A stretch of 63,379 nucleotides of DNA, from assembly GCA_040398005.1 (NCBI GenBank), contig JBBAUX010000001.1, forward strand, positions 163,490 through 226,868. The letters run 5' to 3'. The position numbers were made by a program, and so were the translations under genes. This document shows positions 19,338-30,194 of the stretch, one piece after another. The notes beneath the pieces were generated by a model. It did no database searches. It was not told where the DNA came from and was given only the letters and a program-made list of their open reading frames with translations. The first letter of the stretch is position 1. Every line of letters starts with the position of its first letter. The DNA comes from Opitutales bacterium. Its GTDB lineage: Bacteria; Verrucomicrobiota; Verrucomicrobiia; Opitutales; UBA953.

Positions 19338-21535
19338 ACTACCTCTTTGAGCCGAGGGAGTAGTCCTGTGATTCGACCCGAGTCTGAAATGTTTCTTACC
19401 GCCATCGCATAGGCTGTCGGATCGCCTACTAATATAACCTGTTTACGACCGCGCGTGATGGCGGTGTAAATTAAATTTCGGGCCAGCATGATACTGTGTT
19501 GACGGAGTAAGGGGATGACGACGGCAGGGAATTCAGAACCCTGCGATTTATGGATACTCACCGCGTAGGCTAATTGCAGGTCGGATTGTTCACTGCGTTC
19601 GAACTCCACGCGGGTGCCATCAAAATCAATCAGCATATTTCCAGTTTCGGGCTGAATCTCGAGCACGACCCCAAAGTCGCCGTTAAAAATTAATTTATCA
19701 TAATTATTTCGGGTCTGAATGACTTTATCGCCCGTGGTGATTCGACCCGCCTGAGCGTGGGGACCGCGTAATTTTTCTTGGAGGGCTTGATTGAATGCTT
19801 GAATACCACCCGTACCTTTATGCATCGGGGCGAGCACTTGAATGTCACGCAGTGGATCTAGTCTTAATTTATTTGGTAAGATTTCGCAGCAGAGTTGGGT
19901 GACTTTTTGTACGCATTTTTCAGGATCATCGACGCGTAGGAAGTGGATGTCCTGGGTGAAGTCTAATTTATCAAATTCTTCAACCGGGTGGGGTGGATGT
20001 GCATCAGAATGTAAAATCCCGTGAGCAATCGTGACGATGCCCGAGCGCGCACCCTGTCGAAATACGCTATCTAGTCGAGTTACCGCCGCGATGTTGGATT
20101 GGATGATATCGCTTAAAACATTTCCCGCACCGACCGACGGTAATTGATTAACATCGCCGACTAGAAGTAAGTGCGCTGTTCCAGGAATCGCCCGTAGTAA
20201 GGCCGCCGCGAGTTTCGTATCCAACATACTCGATTCATCGATGATGATAAAATCTACGCTGAGTGGATTATCTGTATTGGCGGTAAACCCGCCAGCACTC
20301 GGATCGAATTTTAATAAGCGGTGAATGGTGGAAGCTGCAACGCGTGTTGATTCATGCATCCGCTTGGCCGCACGACCGGTGGGTGCGCCCAGTAGAATCT
20401 TAACACGTTTCGCTACCAAGATATCGCACAAGGCTTTGAGAATGGTTGTTTTACCGGTACCCGGTCCGCCCGTTAGAATACTGACTTTATTTTTTAAGGC
20501 CATCATGACGGCCTGACCTTGGGCTTCCGAAAAAGTAAAACCCGCGCGATCTTGCGCCCACGCGACAGCTTTATCGGCAATGATGGGTGGAAGATTACTT
20601 GGAGTATTAGTTAATCGACGAAGCGAAGCAGTGATGGAACGCTCGGCATTTTCTTGGGCGCGAAGTTGGATGAGTCGAACGCCATTCGTCTCTAGTAAGC
20701 AGACGGAATTTTCTTTAATCAGAACTTTTAACCGATCTTGCACGATGGAGTAGTCGACCTCCAAGAGGGCTGTAGCTTTTTCTAAAAGACCTACTTCGGG
20801 GAAGGCGCTATGACCTTCGCCCTCCAGTTCCTCTAAAGTATGCATAATACCTGCATCCACTCGCTGCGGGCCAGCGGTGGGCAGTCCAAGATTTCGAGCA
20901 ATTTTATCAGCCGTTTTAAATCCCACGCCTTCAACTTCACGACAAACCCGATACGGCTCATTCATTAATATCTTTTTCGCATCGTTACCGTAAGCCTTAA
21001 CAATACGTAGGCAGAGTGCGTTGGTCACGCCGTAGGTTTGAAGAAATACCATCACTTCTCGCAAAGCCTTTTGTTCTTCCCAGGCTGCTTTGATGGATTT
21101 CGCTCGTCCGGGTCCGATGCCTTCAACTTCGCGAAGCCGCGCTGACTGATTCGAAATAATATCGAAAGTGCGTACGCCAAATTTTGCGACGATTTTTTCG
21201 GCGTAAGTTTTGCCGACTCCTTTGACTAAGCCACTGCCTAAATATTTACGGATGCCGTGAACGGAGGAGGGGAGGCGTGAAGTAAAAGATTTTACACGAA
21301 GTTGGGCGCCGTGTTGGTGGTGGCGCTCCCAGAATCCGATCAATTCAACCGTCTCGCCGCATTGCACTCCGGAGAGATTTCCGAGAATGGTAATTTTATC
21401 ACCCGTTTCTGGACTTAATTCCGCAATCGTAAAAAAGGTATCTTCATCTAACCACAAGATACGTTCGACCACACCTGAAAGCGTTATTTCAGGTCCGCGA
21501 GATTCTTGACGCGGGGGCGACATGGTTAAAGCCAA
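19334..21535 (-). CDS. recD2: ATP-dependent RecD-like helicase RecD2
   Basis: N-terminal OB and HhH (GVGKTYA, GIGPGRA), GGPGTGKTT, APTGRAAKR, DESSM, GDVNQLPSV, AYAVSIHKSQGSE, YTAITRG. Confidence 0.93.
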   Translation of the reverse strand: MALTMSPPRQESRGPEITLSGVVERILWLDEDTFFTIAELSPETGDKITILGNLSGVQCGETVELIGFWERHHQHGAQLRVKSFTSRLPSSVHGIRKYLGSGLVKGVGKTYAEKIVAKFGVRTFDIISNQSARLREVEGIGPGRAKSIKAAWEEQKALREVMVFLQTYGVTNALCLRIVKAYGNDAKKILMNEPYRVCREVEGVGFKTADKIARNLGLPTAGPQRVDAGIMHTLEELEGEGHSAFPEVGLLEKATALLEVDYSIVQDRLKVLIKENSVCLLETNGVRLIQLRAQENAERSITASLRRLTNTPSNLPPIIADKAVAWAQDRAGFTFSEAQGQAVMMALKNKVSILTGGPGTGKTTILKALCDILVAKRVKILLGAPTGRAAKRMHESTRVAASTIHRLLKFDPSAGGFTANTDNPLSVDFIIIDESSMLDTKLAAALLRAIPGTAHLLLVGDVNQLPSVGAGNVLSDIIQSNIAAVTRLDSVFRQGARSGIVTIAHGILHSDAHPPHPVEEFDKLDFTQDIHFLRVDDPEKCVQKVTQLCCEILPNKLRLDPLRDIQVLAPMHKGTGGIQAFNQALQEKLRGPHAQAGRITTGDKVIQTRNNYDKLIFNGDFGVVLEIQPETGNMLIDFDGTRVEFERSEQSDLQLAYAVSIHKSQGSEFPAVVIPLLRQHSIMLARNLIYTAITRGRKQVILVGDPTAYAMAVRNISDSGRITGLLPRLKEVV

Positions 21536-21567
21536 TCACTGCTCGGTCTCATGGGCGAAACAAAACC

Positions 21568-22224
21568 TTAAAATCCGAAGATGGATTTTTGTAACGTCGG
21601 TAGGTCGATATGCACAGTGTCCGGTCCATACGGTACCAGCTCCTCCACGGTATGACTACCCGTTGCCACGCAATGGATGGCCGCCAATTTGCCGTTTCTT
21701 GCGGTTTCGATATCAAAAGGTGAATCGCCCACCATGACTGTACTTTGTGGTTTGGCTCCGAGTGTGCTCGTGACGAAATGGGTGAACTCTGGCTGCGGTT
21801 TGCGCCAAGGGTGGACATTGGTGCCGAAGACGCCGTCGACGAGGTGATTGATTTTTAGATAACTGATTATTTTTTTAGAGTTAGTGTCATCCTTGTTAGT
21901 GTAAACGGCCGTACGCACGCCGCGGGCCTTAAGCCCTTCGAGAATTTCTTGGCAGCCCGCATAGGTTTTTAATCCCTGCATCATGACCGATGGAAAATGC
22001 TCACGGAAAAGTCTGGTGGCGACTGCTGCATTTTCCTCACCGGCTAATTTTAATACGGTAACATTCACCGAGCCTCCGACCGCACGACGAATCTCCTCAT
22101 AGCTTACACCCGGTAAGCCCATCAATTTCATAACGTCGTTATAACACTGATGGATGCCTTCAAAGTTATCCACTAAGGTGCCATCGAGGTCGAATAATAC
22201 GGTTTCGGGAAGGGGGGCGGACAT
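21568..22224 (-). CDS. HAD family hydrolase (phosphoglycolate phosphatase-like)
   Basis: FDLDGTL, KPQP, VGDSPFDI. Confidence 0.88.
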   Translation of the reverse strand: MSAPLPETVLFDLDGTLVDNFEGIHQCYNDVMKLMGLPGVSYEEIRRAVGGSVNVTVLKLAGEENAAVATRLFREHFPSVMMQGLKTYAGCQEILEGLKARGVRTAVYTNKDDTNSKKIISYLKINHLVDGVFGTNVHPWRKPQPEFTHFVTSTLGAKPQSTVMVGDSPFDIETARNGKLAAIHCVATGSHTVEELVPYGPDTVHIDLPTLQKSIFGF

Positions 22225-22311
22225 GCTGAGAATAACTGAGACGTTAATGGGCGTCTTTCCAAGTTTGGAATTGAAGAAAAACGTTTTACCCCTACTTCTT
22301 GCGATATTCCC

Positions 22312-22917
22312 ATGACCTTCTCGCTCGATTTAACCAAACCTCTTAGCCGTGTTGGGCTGATCCTTAACCTTGTTTTTCTGAGCGTCGTATTTTCCGCAAT
22401 TTCTTGGTTAAGTTTTGGTTTTATGACGAATACCTTGCCAGCTTCAGGGGCTCATGAAGCGGAGCAAGCGATTGCCCAAAAAGTTCAGGATGAAACATTT
22501 TCAAAATTAAAATCCGCAGCTAAAGGAAAAGTTTTCGACGAAAAAGTAGCGACTGCTGAAGCACGTGCTAAGGGCCTCGAAGCTGCCAAAAAAGATGCTG
22601 AAAAAATTCATCATCACGCCGTTGAAGGATGGGCACCTTTTGGAATCTTCCTCCTTATTTTATCCGCAATCTTCTTTACCGGTTTTCTATCCATCGCTCT
22701 TTTACGTCGTGCCTACGATGCTGCTGCCTCGGCACTATTAGGATTCATCGCCATCGCAGGTGGAGCCGCCTACGCTACCTTTGTCGCCTTTGAGCCGTTC
22801 TTGACGCATCACGCACTGACCAAGACCTGGGCGCCCGCTGGAATCATCGGTTTAGTTTTGATTTTACCCCTGTTTTTCAAGGGTGAAAATCAAGGTCACG
22901 CCGACGACGCTCACTGA
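22312..22917 (+). CDS. Membrane protein, possibly DUF805-like
   Basis: Four hydrophobic segments. N-terminal LSR and ALLRRAYD resemble the DUF805 RRLHD motif, with a charged helical insert. Confidence 0.55.
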   Translation: MTFSLDLTKPLSRVGLILNLVFLSVVFSAISWLSFGFMTNTLPASGAHEAEQAIAQKVQDETFSKLKSAAKGKVFDEKVATAEARAKGLEAAKKDAEKIHHHAVEGWAPFGIFLLILSAIFFTGFLSIALLRRAYDAAASALLGFIAIAGGAAYATFVAFEPFLTHHALTKTWAPAGIIGLVLILPLFFKGENQGHADDAH

Positions 22918-22920
22918 TTT

Positions 22921-23694
22921 TTACAGTCGGCTGACTTGGCCGAAATCAAAAATAGTGTGACTGATAAGGCCTTCTTCAATGGCTGCTAAATCGGTGTCTT
23001 TTCCTGCGCTAATGACTTCGCCGTCGCTCCAGGCAAAACTGTAGCCGAAGGCTGAGGGTTTAAAAAGTGAGTTATGTCGAACAATCGCCGGAATGGTTTT
23101 CTTAACTTTCGTTTCCGCAGTTACTTTGCTCGGATAATTTAAACTATGAACGTGCAATCCAGTGACTGGTTTGCCCACTAAGCTTTTAGCAAACGCGGCG
23201 GCGTGATCGCAGGCCGCATCGAGATGAGGCTGTATGCTGCTGGGGCAAACGCTCGGGTTGCGATGAACGATTTCGAAGACACTTTTATCTAAGTCGAATG
23301 AACAAGCTACGGCGGGCAGTCCCCAAGCACTTCCTTCGGTGGCACCCGCAAGAGTGCCCGAACTTAGACACAAGGGCATGGTGGCATTGAACCCAATATT
23401 CATGCCCGAAAGTACCACATCGGGTTTCTTTTTAAAGAGATTCCCCAAGGCGATATTCACGCAATCCGAAGGGGTTCCATCAATCGACCAAGCTTCGTGT
23501 CCGCAATTGGGGTAGGATGAAACGGTGACTTCACGGTGGCGACTGAAGGCGCGACCGATCCAGCTTCTTTCTCCGGAGGGTGCCGCTACCCAAACGTGAA
23601 AGCCTTGTTTAACGCAGGAGCGAACGAGGTTTTGAAAAAAAGCAGCGCCGATGCCGTCATCATTGGTAACCAGAATCGTGGGAGCTGAAATCAT
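22921..23694 (-). CDS. surE: 5'/3'-nucleotidase SurE
   Basis: ILVTNDDG, DGTPSDCV, VLSGMNIG.N, SGTLAGATE. Confidence 0.92.
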   Translation of the reverse strand: MISAPTILVTNDDGIGAAFFQNLVRSCVKQGFHVWVAAPSGERSWIGRAFSRHREVTVSSYPNCGHEAWSIDGTPSDCVNIALGNLFKKKPDVVLSGMNIGFNATMPLCLSSGTLAGATEGSAWGLPAVACSFDLDKSVFEIVHRNPSVCPSSIQPHLDAACDHAAAFAKSLVGKPVTGLHVHSLNYPSKVTAETKVKKTIPAIVRHNSLFKPSAFGYSFAWSDGEVISAGKDTDLAAIEEGLISHTIFDFGQVSRL

Positions 23695-23743
23695 GAGCCG
23701 AGAGTGCTAATACTTGGCTTACGGGCAATGCGGAAGGCAAAGA

Positions 23744-24232
23744 TTATTTCACTGAAACCTTCGTATCCAGTTCAGCAATCTGATCTCTTAAAGCCGCTGC
23801 CGTTTCAAAATCTTCATTTTTTATCGCCTCCGCGAGTTCGGTTTTCGCTTTTTGCAGGCGATTTTTTAAATCGGTTTCAGAAGGTTGCGGACGGCGACCC
23901 GAATGCGAGATCCCTGGCTGAATTCGTGCAAGCGTAGGCAGAAGTTCCTGCGTGTGGGCCTCGTAGCATTGAGGGCAGCCGATACGGTGGGTGCGCTCGA
24001 AATCCGCCCAACGGAAGCCACAGGAAGGGCAGGATCCCTCGATTTTGGGCATAGGTATATCGAGCTTAATACCTAAAATCTGAGAGGGTAGGCCACCTGC
24101 CAACGGGGAGGTCATGGTACTGGGGCAGTGGGCACAGCAGGTGTAAGTCATAGCCTTTCCGCCCGCCACTAAAGTAATGAAAAGCGTGGAGGGTTTTTTG
24201 CATTGGGTGCAAAGTGGAGAGACTGCTTCCAT
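23744..24232 (-). CDS. McsA-like protein (CxxC zinc motifs plus UvrB/UvrC domain)
   Basis: Four CxxC motifs (CTQC, CAHC, CPSC, GCPQCY) and C-terminal AIKNEDFETAAALRDQI. Confidence 0.85.
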   Translation of the reverse strand: MEAVSPLCTQCKKPSTLFITLVAGGKAMTYTCCAHCPSTMTSPLAGGLPSQILGIKLDIPMPKIEGSCPSCGFRWADFERTHRIGCPQCYEAHTQELLPTLARIQPGISHSGRRPQPSETDLKNRLQKAKTELAEAIKNEDFETAAALRDQIAELDTKVSVK

Positions 24233-24323
24233 GGTTAAGATTATAGAACTATTTGATTCTAATACAAGCCAGAGGCTTTCTTTTCGGTTGAAGCCAAGCC
24301 AAGTCCGTATTGCCTAGTCTACG

Positions 24324-25181
24324 ATGTATTTAACCTTTCTTCCTGCGATACTCGCCGACACTGAAAAAGGCGCGATCTGGTATTTCAAACAAATGGATAG
24401 CGCTGGCCTCGCGGTGGCAGGCGTTCTCGTAATCTGTTCTTTTATTGGTTGGGGTGCGATGATTCAAAAATGGTCCGATGTGCAAGAACTTCGCCGACGC
24501 AATCACGGTTTTGATCGTCGACTACGCGACCAAAGTTCTGTTGTCGCTCTGAATTTTCCCGGAGGCACTAATCTTTCACCTTATGAATATTTAGTAGCGG
24601 AAGCGATTTCTGCCGTACAAAGACACAAGGGTCGTTTGGTAAAACAATCCGATGTTCGCCTGTGCATGGGTCACGTAGAAAACGCACTGCAGCGTGGTGT
24701 GTCGCGTACGATGGTGAAGTACGAAGATAAAATGGTTCTGCTGAGTTCGCTCGTTTCGGGTGGTCCATTCCTCGGTCTGCTCGGAACTGTTTGGGGTGTG
24801 ATGGTGACGTTCGGTGCGCTTACGGAAAAAGCGAGTATTTCACAATTAGCACCGGGTGTTTGTGGAGCGCTCGTTACAACTACGCTCGGTCTATTGGTCG
24901 CTATCCCTGCAACATTTGGATATAATTATTTATTAACGCAGGTAAAAATTATGTCCACCGAGTTAGAAAACTTTGCGAGTACTTTGGCGGACCGTATTGA
25001 GCTAGAACTCGAAGGTGAAGCGCGTGCTAATTTCGAACAACTACAAGAACGCGAAGCCTTGCGTCGAGCAGCTCAAGCGGCTCAGGGTCCAGTAGCGAGC
25101 ACGCCTGTAGCTACACCCGTTATCCCTGTCGACTCACCGAGCCAGTCAACGGCACTTCCTGGTTGGGAGGATGCGCAATAG
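24324..25181 (+). CDS. MotA/TolQ/ExbB proton channel protein
   Basis: GPFLGLLGTVWGVM, APGVCGALVTT.LGLLVAIPA. Confidence 0.92.
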   Translation: MYLTFLPAILADTEKGAIWYFKQMDSAGLAVAGVLVICSFIGWGAMIQKWSDVQELRRRNHGFDRRLRDQSSVVALNFPGGTNLSPYEYLVAEAISAVQRHKGRLVKQSDVRLCMGHVENALQRGVSRTMVKYEDKMVLLSSLVSGGPFLGLLGTVWGVMVTFGALTEKASISQLAPGVCGALVTTTLGLLVAIPATFGYNYLLTQVKIMSTELENFASTLADRIELELEGEARANFEQLQEREALRRAAQAAQGPVASTPVATPVIPVDSPSQSTALPGWEDAQ

Positions 25182-25184
25182 TTC

Positions 25185-25610
25185 ATGGCCCGTTCTTTTT
25201 CCAAGCTCCGTCCGTTGCATGTGATGAACGAGTTAAACGTCACACCGATGCTGGATTTGTGTTTCTGTTTGCTGATTATTTTTATGATTTCGACGCCCGT
25301 TTTGGAACAAACGACGGCGGTTAATTTACCCAAAGCAGAAAAAGGTTCCGGTAAACCAGCGGAATCAAAACAGCAGTATCGTTTCGTGTCTATTGGTCGC
25401 GATGGATTATATACGATGGGCGGAAATTCTTTAACCAAGTCACAATTGGAGAGTGAATTTGCTTTGATTGCTGGGATGGCGGACTCCGTGCAGCCCATCG
25501 TTCGTATTCGTGGCGATGCTACTTTGCCTTACCAAAAAATTATTGATGTCATGTCCTTGGCGAAGGCCAAAGGTCTAACCAAAGTAGGTTTAGACACAGA
25601 AATTCGCTAA
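25185..25610 (+). CDS. ExbD/TolR family protein
   Basis: ELNVTPMLDLCFCLLIIFMI, IRGD..PY. Confidence 0.92.
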   Translation: MARSFSKLRPLHVMNELNVTPMLDLCFCLLIIFMISTPVLEQTTAVNLPKAEKGSGKPAESKQQYRFVSIGRDGLYTMGGNSLTKSQLESEFALIAGMADSVQPIVRIRGDATLPYQKIIDVMSLAKAKGLTKVGLDTEIR

Positions 25611-25612
25611 CG

Positions 25613-26377
25613 ATGGCAAGTGAGAGAAAAGGAGTCATTGGTTCAATTGCCGTTCACGTTGGTATTATCGCGGTGCTGGTGGGTGCGTCGTGGTACGCCG
25701 CCCGACAATCAGGAAAGTCGTTCGAACCCGTGGATCCTCTCTTGGTTGATTTAAATGGCATTCCTGGACGTCGCCCAGGCGAGGTTGGCAAAGCCGATGG
25801 CGTAGCTCAAGGACAAGAAACGGGAACGAAAAAAGGCGTCTCGATGGTAAAAATGAAAAAATTTGATTTTGATAAAAACACCGAAGAGTCCGCCGCTAAA
25901 ACTGAGTCGAGTCGTTCTCAGACCTCGAAAAAAGCCACCAGTAAAAGTACTTCGAAAACAACTTTGAGTGATTTTAATAATGCCAAAGACGGAAAAGGTA
26001 CCTCCACAAAGGTAGCGGGAATTAGTGGAGTGTCGGTTAAAGCCGGACGGAACTACGGTAAAGGCGATAACGGAGGCGAGGGCGGTAGTGCGAGTGAACT
26101 TCAAATTTATGCAGGCGAAGTTAAGACCCGCTTTCAATCAGCCCTAACCAGTCTCGCTTCTGCTGAGGTCGATTTAGGTTCCGGTAATTGCGGCGTTGTT
26201 TTGAAAGTCGATGCAGCCGGGAATGTAAATTTCTCAAGTTGGATTAATAAGCCTAAAAATTCACAAATCGCTACGCTGGTTAAACAAGCAGTTGCGCAAA
26301 TCGGCAATTGTGGAAGTCCTCCGGGGAAGAAGTCTTTCCAGATCGATTTAACCAGCATTACGCTAAGCGATTTTTAA
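25613..26377 (+). CDS. TolA/TonB-like energy transducer
   Basis: N-terminal TM with SIAVH (SxxxH), low-complexity S/K/G linker, C-terminal TonB_C-like domain, position after exbB/exbD. Confidence 0.7.
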   Translation: MASERKGVIGSIAVHVGIIAVLVGASWYAARQSGKSFEPVDPLLVDLNGIPGRRPGEVGKADGVAQGQETGTKKGVSMVKMKKFDFDKNTEESAAKTESSRSQTSKKATSKSTSKTTLSDFNNAKDGKGTSTKVAGISGVSVKAGRNYGKGDNGGEGGSASELQIYAGEVKTRFQSALTSLASAEVDLGSGNCGVVLKVDAAGNVNFSSWINKPKNSQIATLVKQAVAQIGNCGSPPGKKSFQIDLTSITLSDF

Positions 26378-26378
26378 T

Positions 26379-26837
26379 TTAGCGAACTTCTAAAATAATC
26401 TGTACTTCCACGGCCGCGCCGAGAGGCAGGCCGTTCACAGAAACCGCAGCGCGCGCGTGTTTGCCGGCGTCGCCAAATACTTTTAATAAGAACTCCGAGG
26501 CACCGTTGAGTACTTTGGGGCTGTCGCTAAAGCCGTCGATGCCATTGACGAAGCCATTAACCATGACCACGCGGACAACCGCCTCGAGCGATCCGAGAGC
26601 AGCTTTGGCATTGGCGAGGGCATTGAGGGTGCAAAGTTGGGCCGCTTCCGCCGCTTGCACTAAATTGATTTCTTGGCCGACTTTACCCGCGTACACAATT
26701 TTTCCATCACGCATCGGCAACGTTCCCGCCAAGTAAAGCAAGTTGCCCGTCCGGACGGCGGGAACATAGGAACCGGCAGCGGCAGGTGGCTGGGGCAGGG
26801 TGAGTCCGAGTTCTTGAATGTTTTTTTCAGGATTCAT
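26379..26837 (-). CDS. RidA/YjgF family protein
   Basis: LPQPPAAAGSYVP, NGASE, GKHARAAVSV..LPLGAAVE. Confidence 0.9.
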   Translation of the reverse strand: MNPEKNIQELGLTLPQPPAAAGSYVPAVRTGNLLYLAGTLPMRDGKIVYAGKVGQEINLVQAAEAAQLCTLNALANAKAALGSLEAVVRVVMVNGFVNGIDGFSDSPKVLNGASEFLLKVFGDAGKHARAAVSVNGLPLGAAVEVQIILEVR

Positions 26838-26841
26838 AAAT

Positions 26842-27348
26842 TTACCAATAGGTGGGCCAATTACTTTCACGAGACATATTGTGATAAAATAAAGCTAAAA
26901 TTAGTATGATGAGTGCACCTGCAGTTGTGGGGCAGACCAGAAAAAACCAAGTAGGGTTAGTTAAAAAGACGACGATAGAATTAGAGGTAGCAGGAGGATG
27001 GACAACTCGAAGGAGTTTCATGAACAGCACGGTTAATCCTACGGCGATACCCAGACTCCACCACTGCGGTCCAATAAACTTTAAACATAATAACCCCATG
27101 CTCGCTCCAATGATATGAGCACCCAGGACATTGCGGGGTTGGGCAAAAGGGGAATCGGGATAAGCGAAAACAATAAAAGTAGTGGCACCAAAAGTTCCCA
27201 GCAGAACTAAGGTTCCAATTTCTCGATCAACATAAGTTAAGCCAGCGATGATGAGTCCGACCGCCAGAGCGCTCATAAATATTTTCTTAAGGTCCGACCG
27301 GGCGGGAGGCTTTTCTTGTCCCCCGATAAACTTTCTAATCAATTTCAT
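26842..27348 (-). CDS. HPP family membrane protein
   Basis: PDSPFAQPRNV and HPPA motifs. Confidence 0.9.
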   Translation of the reverse strand: MKLIRKFIGGQEKPPARSDLKKIFMSALAVGLIIAGLTYVDREIGTLVLLGTFGATTFIVFAYPDSPFAQPRNVLGAHIIGASMGLLCLKFIGPQWWSLGIAVGLTVLFMKLLRVVHPPATSNSIVVFLTNPTWFFLVCPTTAGALIILILALFYHNMSRESNWPTYW

Positions 27349-28997
27349 TTTTCAAGAGGGACTAGTTTGACCCATTTCAGGGGGTGTTCGCCGAGTAAAG
27401 TCGGATACCAGCCTTGAACTTCGGGACGAATTAAAAACTTATTTTTATTAAAAACGACGGGAATAATCGGCGCGCACTCGATTAAGCGAGCCTCTGCTTT
27501 GCCGAATAATTCAAGACGTTTGGCGGGACTTTGTTCCACCGCGGCCGACTTAATGAAGTCATCGTAGAGGGAATCACTCCAGCCAGTCTGATTTAATTCA
27601 TTACCACTAATAAACATTTCGAGGAATGTATTGGGGTCGTTGTAGTCACCACTCCAGGCGGAGCGGGCGAGCTGATAATCACCTGAGTGCAGTGAGCTGA
27701 GATAAACTTTCCAATCCAGATTTTTTAATTCCACCTCGATACCCAAACTTTGACGCCACATTTCTTGGTAGGCTTGCGCGGCGAGCAGGGAAGTTTCTGA
27801 CGTGTTAAATAAGTATTCTAATTTTGGAAAATTTTTACCATCGGGATAACCTGCGTCGGCCATCAGTTTTTTGGCTTCGGCAAGGTCTTCTTTCCACTGG
27901 GCAGGCGAAGTAAATCCGCCGGTTCCGGTGGGGGTGTAGTAGTAGGCGGGTGATTCGCCCGATCTTAAAACCCGATCGGCAATTTGCTGACGATTAATAA
28001 CCATGCCCAAGGCGCGTCGCACTCTGGTATCAGAAAGTGCTTTTTGCACAGCCTCATTATTTTTTACCACCGTGTTAATGCGGATGAATGAAACCGACAG
28101 AAAGGCATCGAGACGTAAATGCGGTGCTTTGTCGGCGACGAGTTGTACAATTTTGTAAGGAGGAACTGAGCCCGTGATATGCAATTCGCCGCCTTGATAC
28201 GCACGTTCTTCCGCGAATAGATCCGAGATTGCTTTGAACTCAACGGCATTAAGCGAGACTTGGGCTGCATCCCAGTAATACGGGTTTTTCTTAACCACGA
28301 TTTGGCGAGCGACTTCCCAGCTATCTAATTTGAATGCGCCGTTGCCAACGAGGCTACCGGGTCGCGTCCACGGTGTGTGCATCTCGTCAATTTTTCCAAA
28401 TTTTAAAATCGTGGGAGGATGAACCGGCAGCCAACTATTGTGACAGACTAGTTGGAGGAAGTAGGGGACAGGATTTTCTAATTCGACAATGAGCGTATGC
28501 GGATCAGGTGATTTAAATCCGACTTCTTTGAAGTCCTGAATTTTTCCAATCGTATAATCTTTGGCACCCTTAACGCAGTGAAGCATGGAGGCATATTCTG
28601 CTCCAAAGGTCGGCATGAGAATTCGTTGAAAACTAAAAAGGAAATCGGCGGCTACAACAGGGTCGCCGTTGGACCAGCGGGCATTGTTTCTCAATTTGAA
28701 TGTCCAAACCTTGCCATCAGCGGAGCAAGACCAACTTTCGGCTACACCGGGAATGGTGTGCGAGTCCTTGGGGTCAAAATTCACTAACCCTTCAAAAAGA
28801 GAGTAGGCGATGCGTGATTCTAGCATGCCCGTGATTTCCTGTGGATCGAGTGCCGAGGGCTCGGCGGAATTATTAATCAACAAAACGCCTTCGCGGGCTT
28901 TTTGGGCTACGGTTGTTTCTTTTTCACCACATCCCAAAAGACCGATACAGAGAGCGACCAAGAGGAGTATGCGCTGCTTGAATGCAGGGGTGGACAT
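27345..28997 (-). CDS. Oligopeptide ABC transporter substrate-binding lipoprotein (OppA family)
   Basis: Lipobox LLGC, EPSALDP, PGVAESW, WSNGDPV, GNGAF, WSGDYNDP. Confidence 0.92.
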   Translation of the reverse strand: MSTPAFKQRILLLVALCIGLLGCGEKETTVAQKAREGVLLINNSAEPSALDPQEITGMLESRIAYSLFEGLVNFDPKDSHTIPGVAESWSCSADGKVWTFKLRNNARWSNGDPVVAADFLFSFQRILMPTFGAEYASMLHCVKGAKDYTIGKIQDFKEVGFKSPDPHTLIVELENPVPYFLQLVCHNSWLPVHPPTILKFGKIDEMHTPWTRPGSLVGNGAFKLDSWEVARQIVVKKNPYYWDAAQVSLNAVEFKAISDLFAEERAYQGGELHITGSVPPYKIVQLVADKAPHLRLDAFLSVSFIRINTVVKNNEAVQKALSDTRVRRALGMVINRQQIADRVLRSGESPAYYYTPTGTGGFTSPAQWKEDLAEAKKLMADAGYPDGKNFPKLEYLFNTSETSLLAAQAYQEMWRQSLGIEVELKNLDWKVYLSSLHSGDYQLARSAWSGDYNDPNTFLEMFISGNELNQTGWSDSLYDDFIKSAAVEQSPAKRLELFGKAEARLIECAPIIPVVFNKNKFLIRPEVQGWYPTLLGEHPLKWVKLVPLEK

Positions 28998-29064
28998 GAA
29001 ATCTATTTAGTCGGGGAGGGTGCGTCAGTGCAAGGCATAGCTCGTAGCGATTTCATGCAGAAAC

Positions 29065-29092
29065 AAAAAAGGGCGACCGAAGTCGCCCTTTT
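29065..29092 (-). terminator. Rho-independent terminator of the P-II gene (possibly bidirectional)
   Basis: AAAAAA-GGGCGAC-CGAA-GTCGCCC-TTTT. Confidence 0.85.
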
Positions 29093-29112
29093 GGAGGTAA
29101 TGTCGCAGTCGA

Positions 29113-29469
<357 letters not shown>

Positions 29470-29502
29470 TTAAGTTTGGTTTTCGGTTGAGCAAGTCCAC
29501 TT

Positions 29503-29520
29503 ATGCACACCCTGTGCCAA
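29503..29520 (-). promoter_or_regulatory. Sigma-54 (-24/-12) promoter of the P-II gene
   Basis: Minus strand TTGGCACAGGGTGTGCAT: GG-N10-GC with a TGGCAC core, about 50 nt upstream of the ATG. Confidence 0.75.
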
Positions 29521-29543
29521 GTCGGGCACTGCGGAATTCAGGA

Positions 29544-30194
29544 CTACGATTGCTTATTATTGAGCAAGAGGGAACAAATTTCCGCTAATTTTTCAGCAGA
29601 TTTTAACCCAGGGCTGATTTCAACCCCACTATTAAGGTCTAAAATGTCAGCATTTGACCCCAATGCCTCGAGAATATTTTTAGGCCCCAGTCCGCCTGCT
29701 AATACCCAGATCTTATTTTGGTGTAAGTTTTTAAGTTTTTTAAAGCGCTTCCAATCGCCTTGTTTTCCCGTGCCACCAAACGCATCCGCAGCGTGAGCAT
29801 CATGTAAAAAAGTTTTTGCTAAAGAAATAATTTCTTCAGGCCAATCCATTCCATCAGGAACTTTCGGCGCTAACCAAATATTTTCTGAGCCTATTTTTTG
29901 GGAGATAGCCTGCACGTCACACGCTTTAGTGCTGGGATCAAAATGGATTTGTACCGCGGCGAAACCTTCATCCATAAGTTGCTGCGTTTCGCTGAGGGTG
30001 GGATTGACCGTAACCGCGATGCGTTGCTCGGGTTTGATTTCGCGCAAAAGATTTTTACGTAAAGCCGGATGAACAAAGCGTGGTGACCCCGCCCAACAAT
30101 TGACGCCAATATAGTCTGCCCCAAAATGATTCACGGTAGCGACATCTGCAGCATACATGATGCCACATACTTTTATTTTAGTGAAACCCATCAT
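29544..30194 (-). CDS. trpF: Phosphoribosylanthranilate isomerase
   Basis: KIKVCGI, SPRFV, QIH, FGGTG, LAGGLGPKN, DLNSGVE. Confidence 0.92.
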   Translation of the reverse strand: MMGFTKIKVCGIMYAADVATVNHFGADYIGVNCWAGSPRFVHPALRKNLLREIKPEQRIAVTVNPTLSETQQLMDEGFAAVQIHFDPSTKACDVQAISQKIGSENIWLAPKVPDGMDWPEEIISLAKTFLHDAHAADAFGGTGKQGDWKRFKKLKNLHQNKIWVLAGGLGPKNILEALGSNADILDLNSGVEISPGLKSAEKLAEICSLLLNNKQS

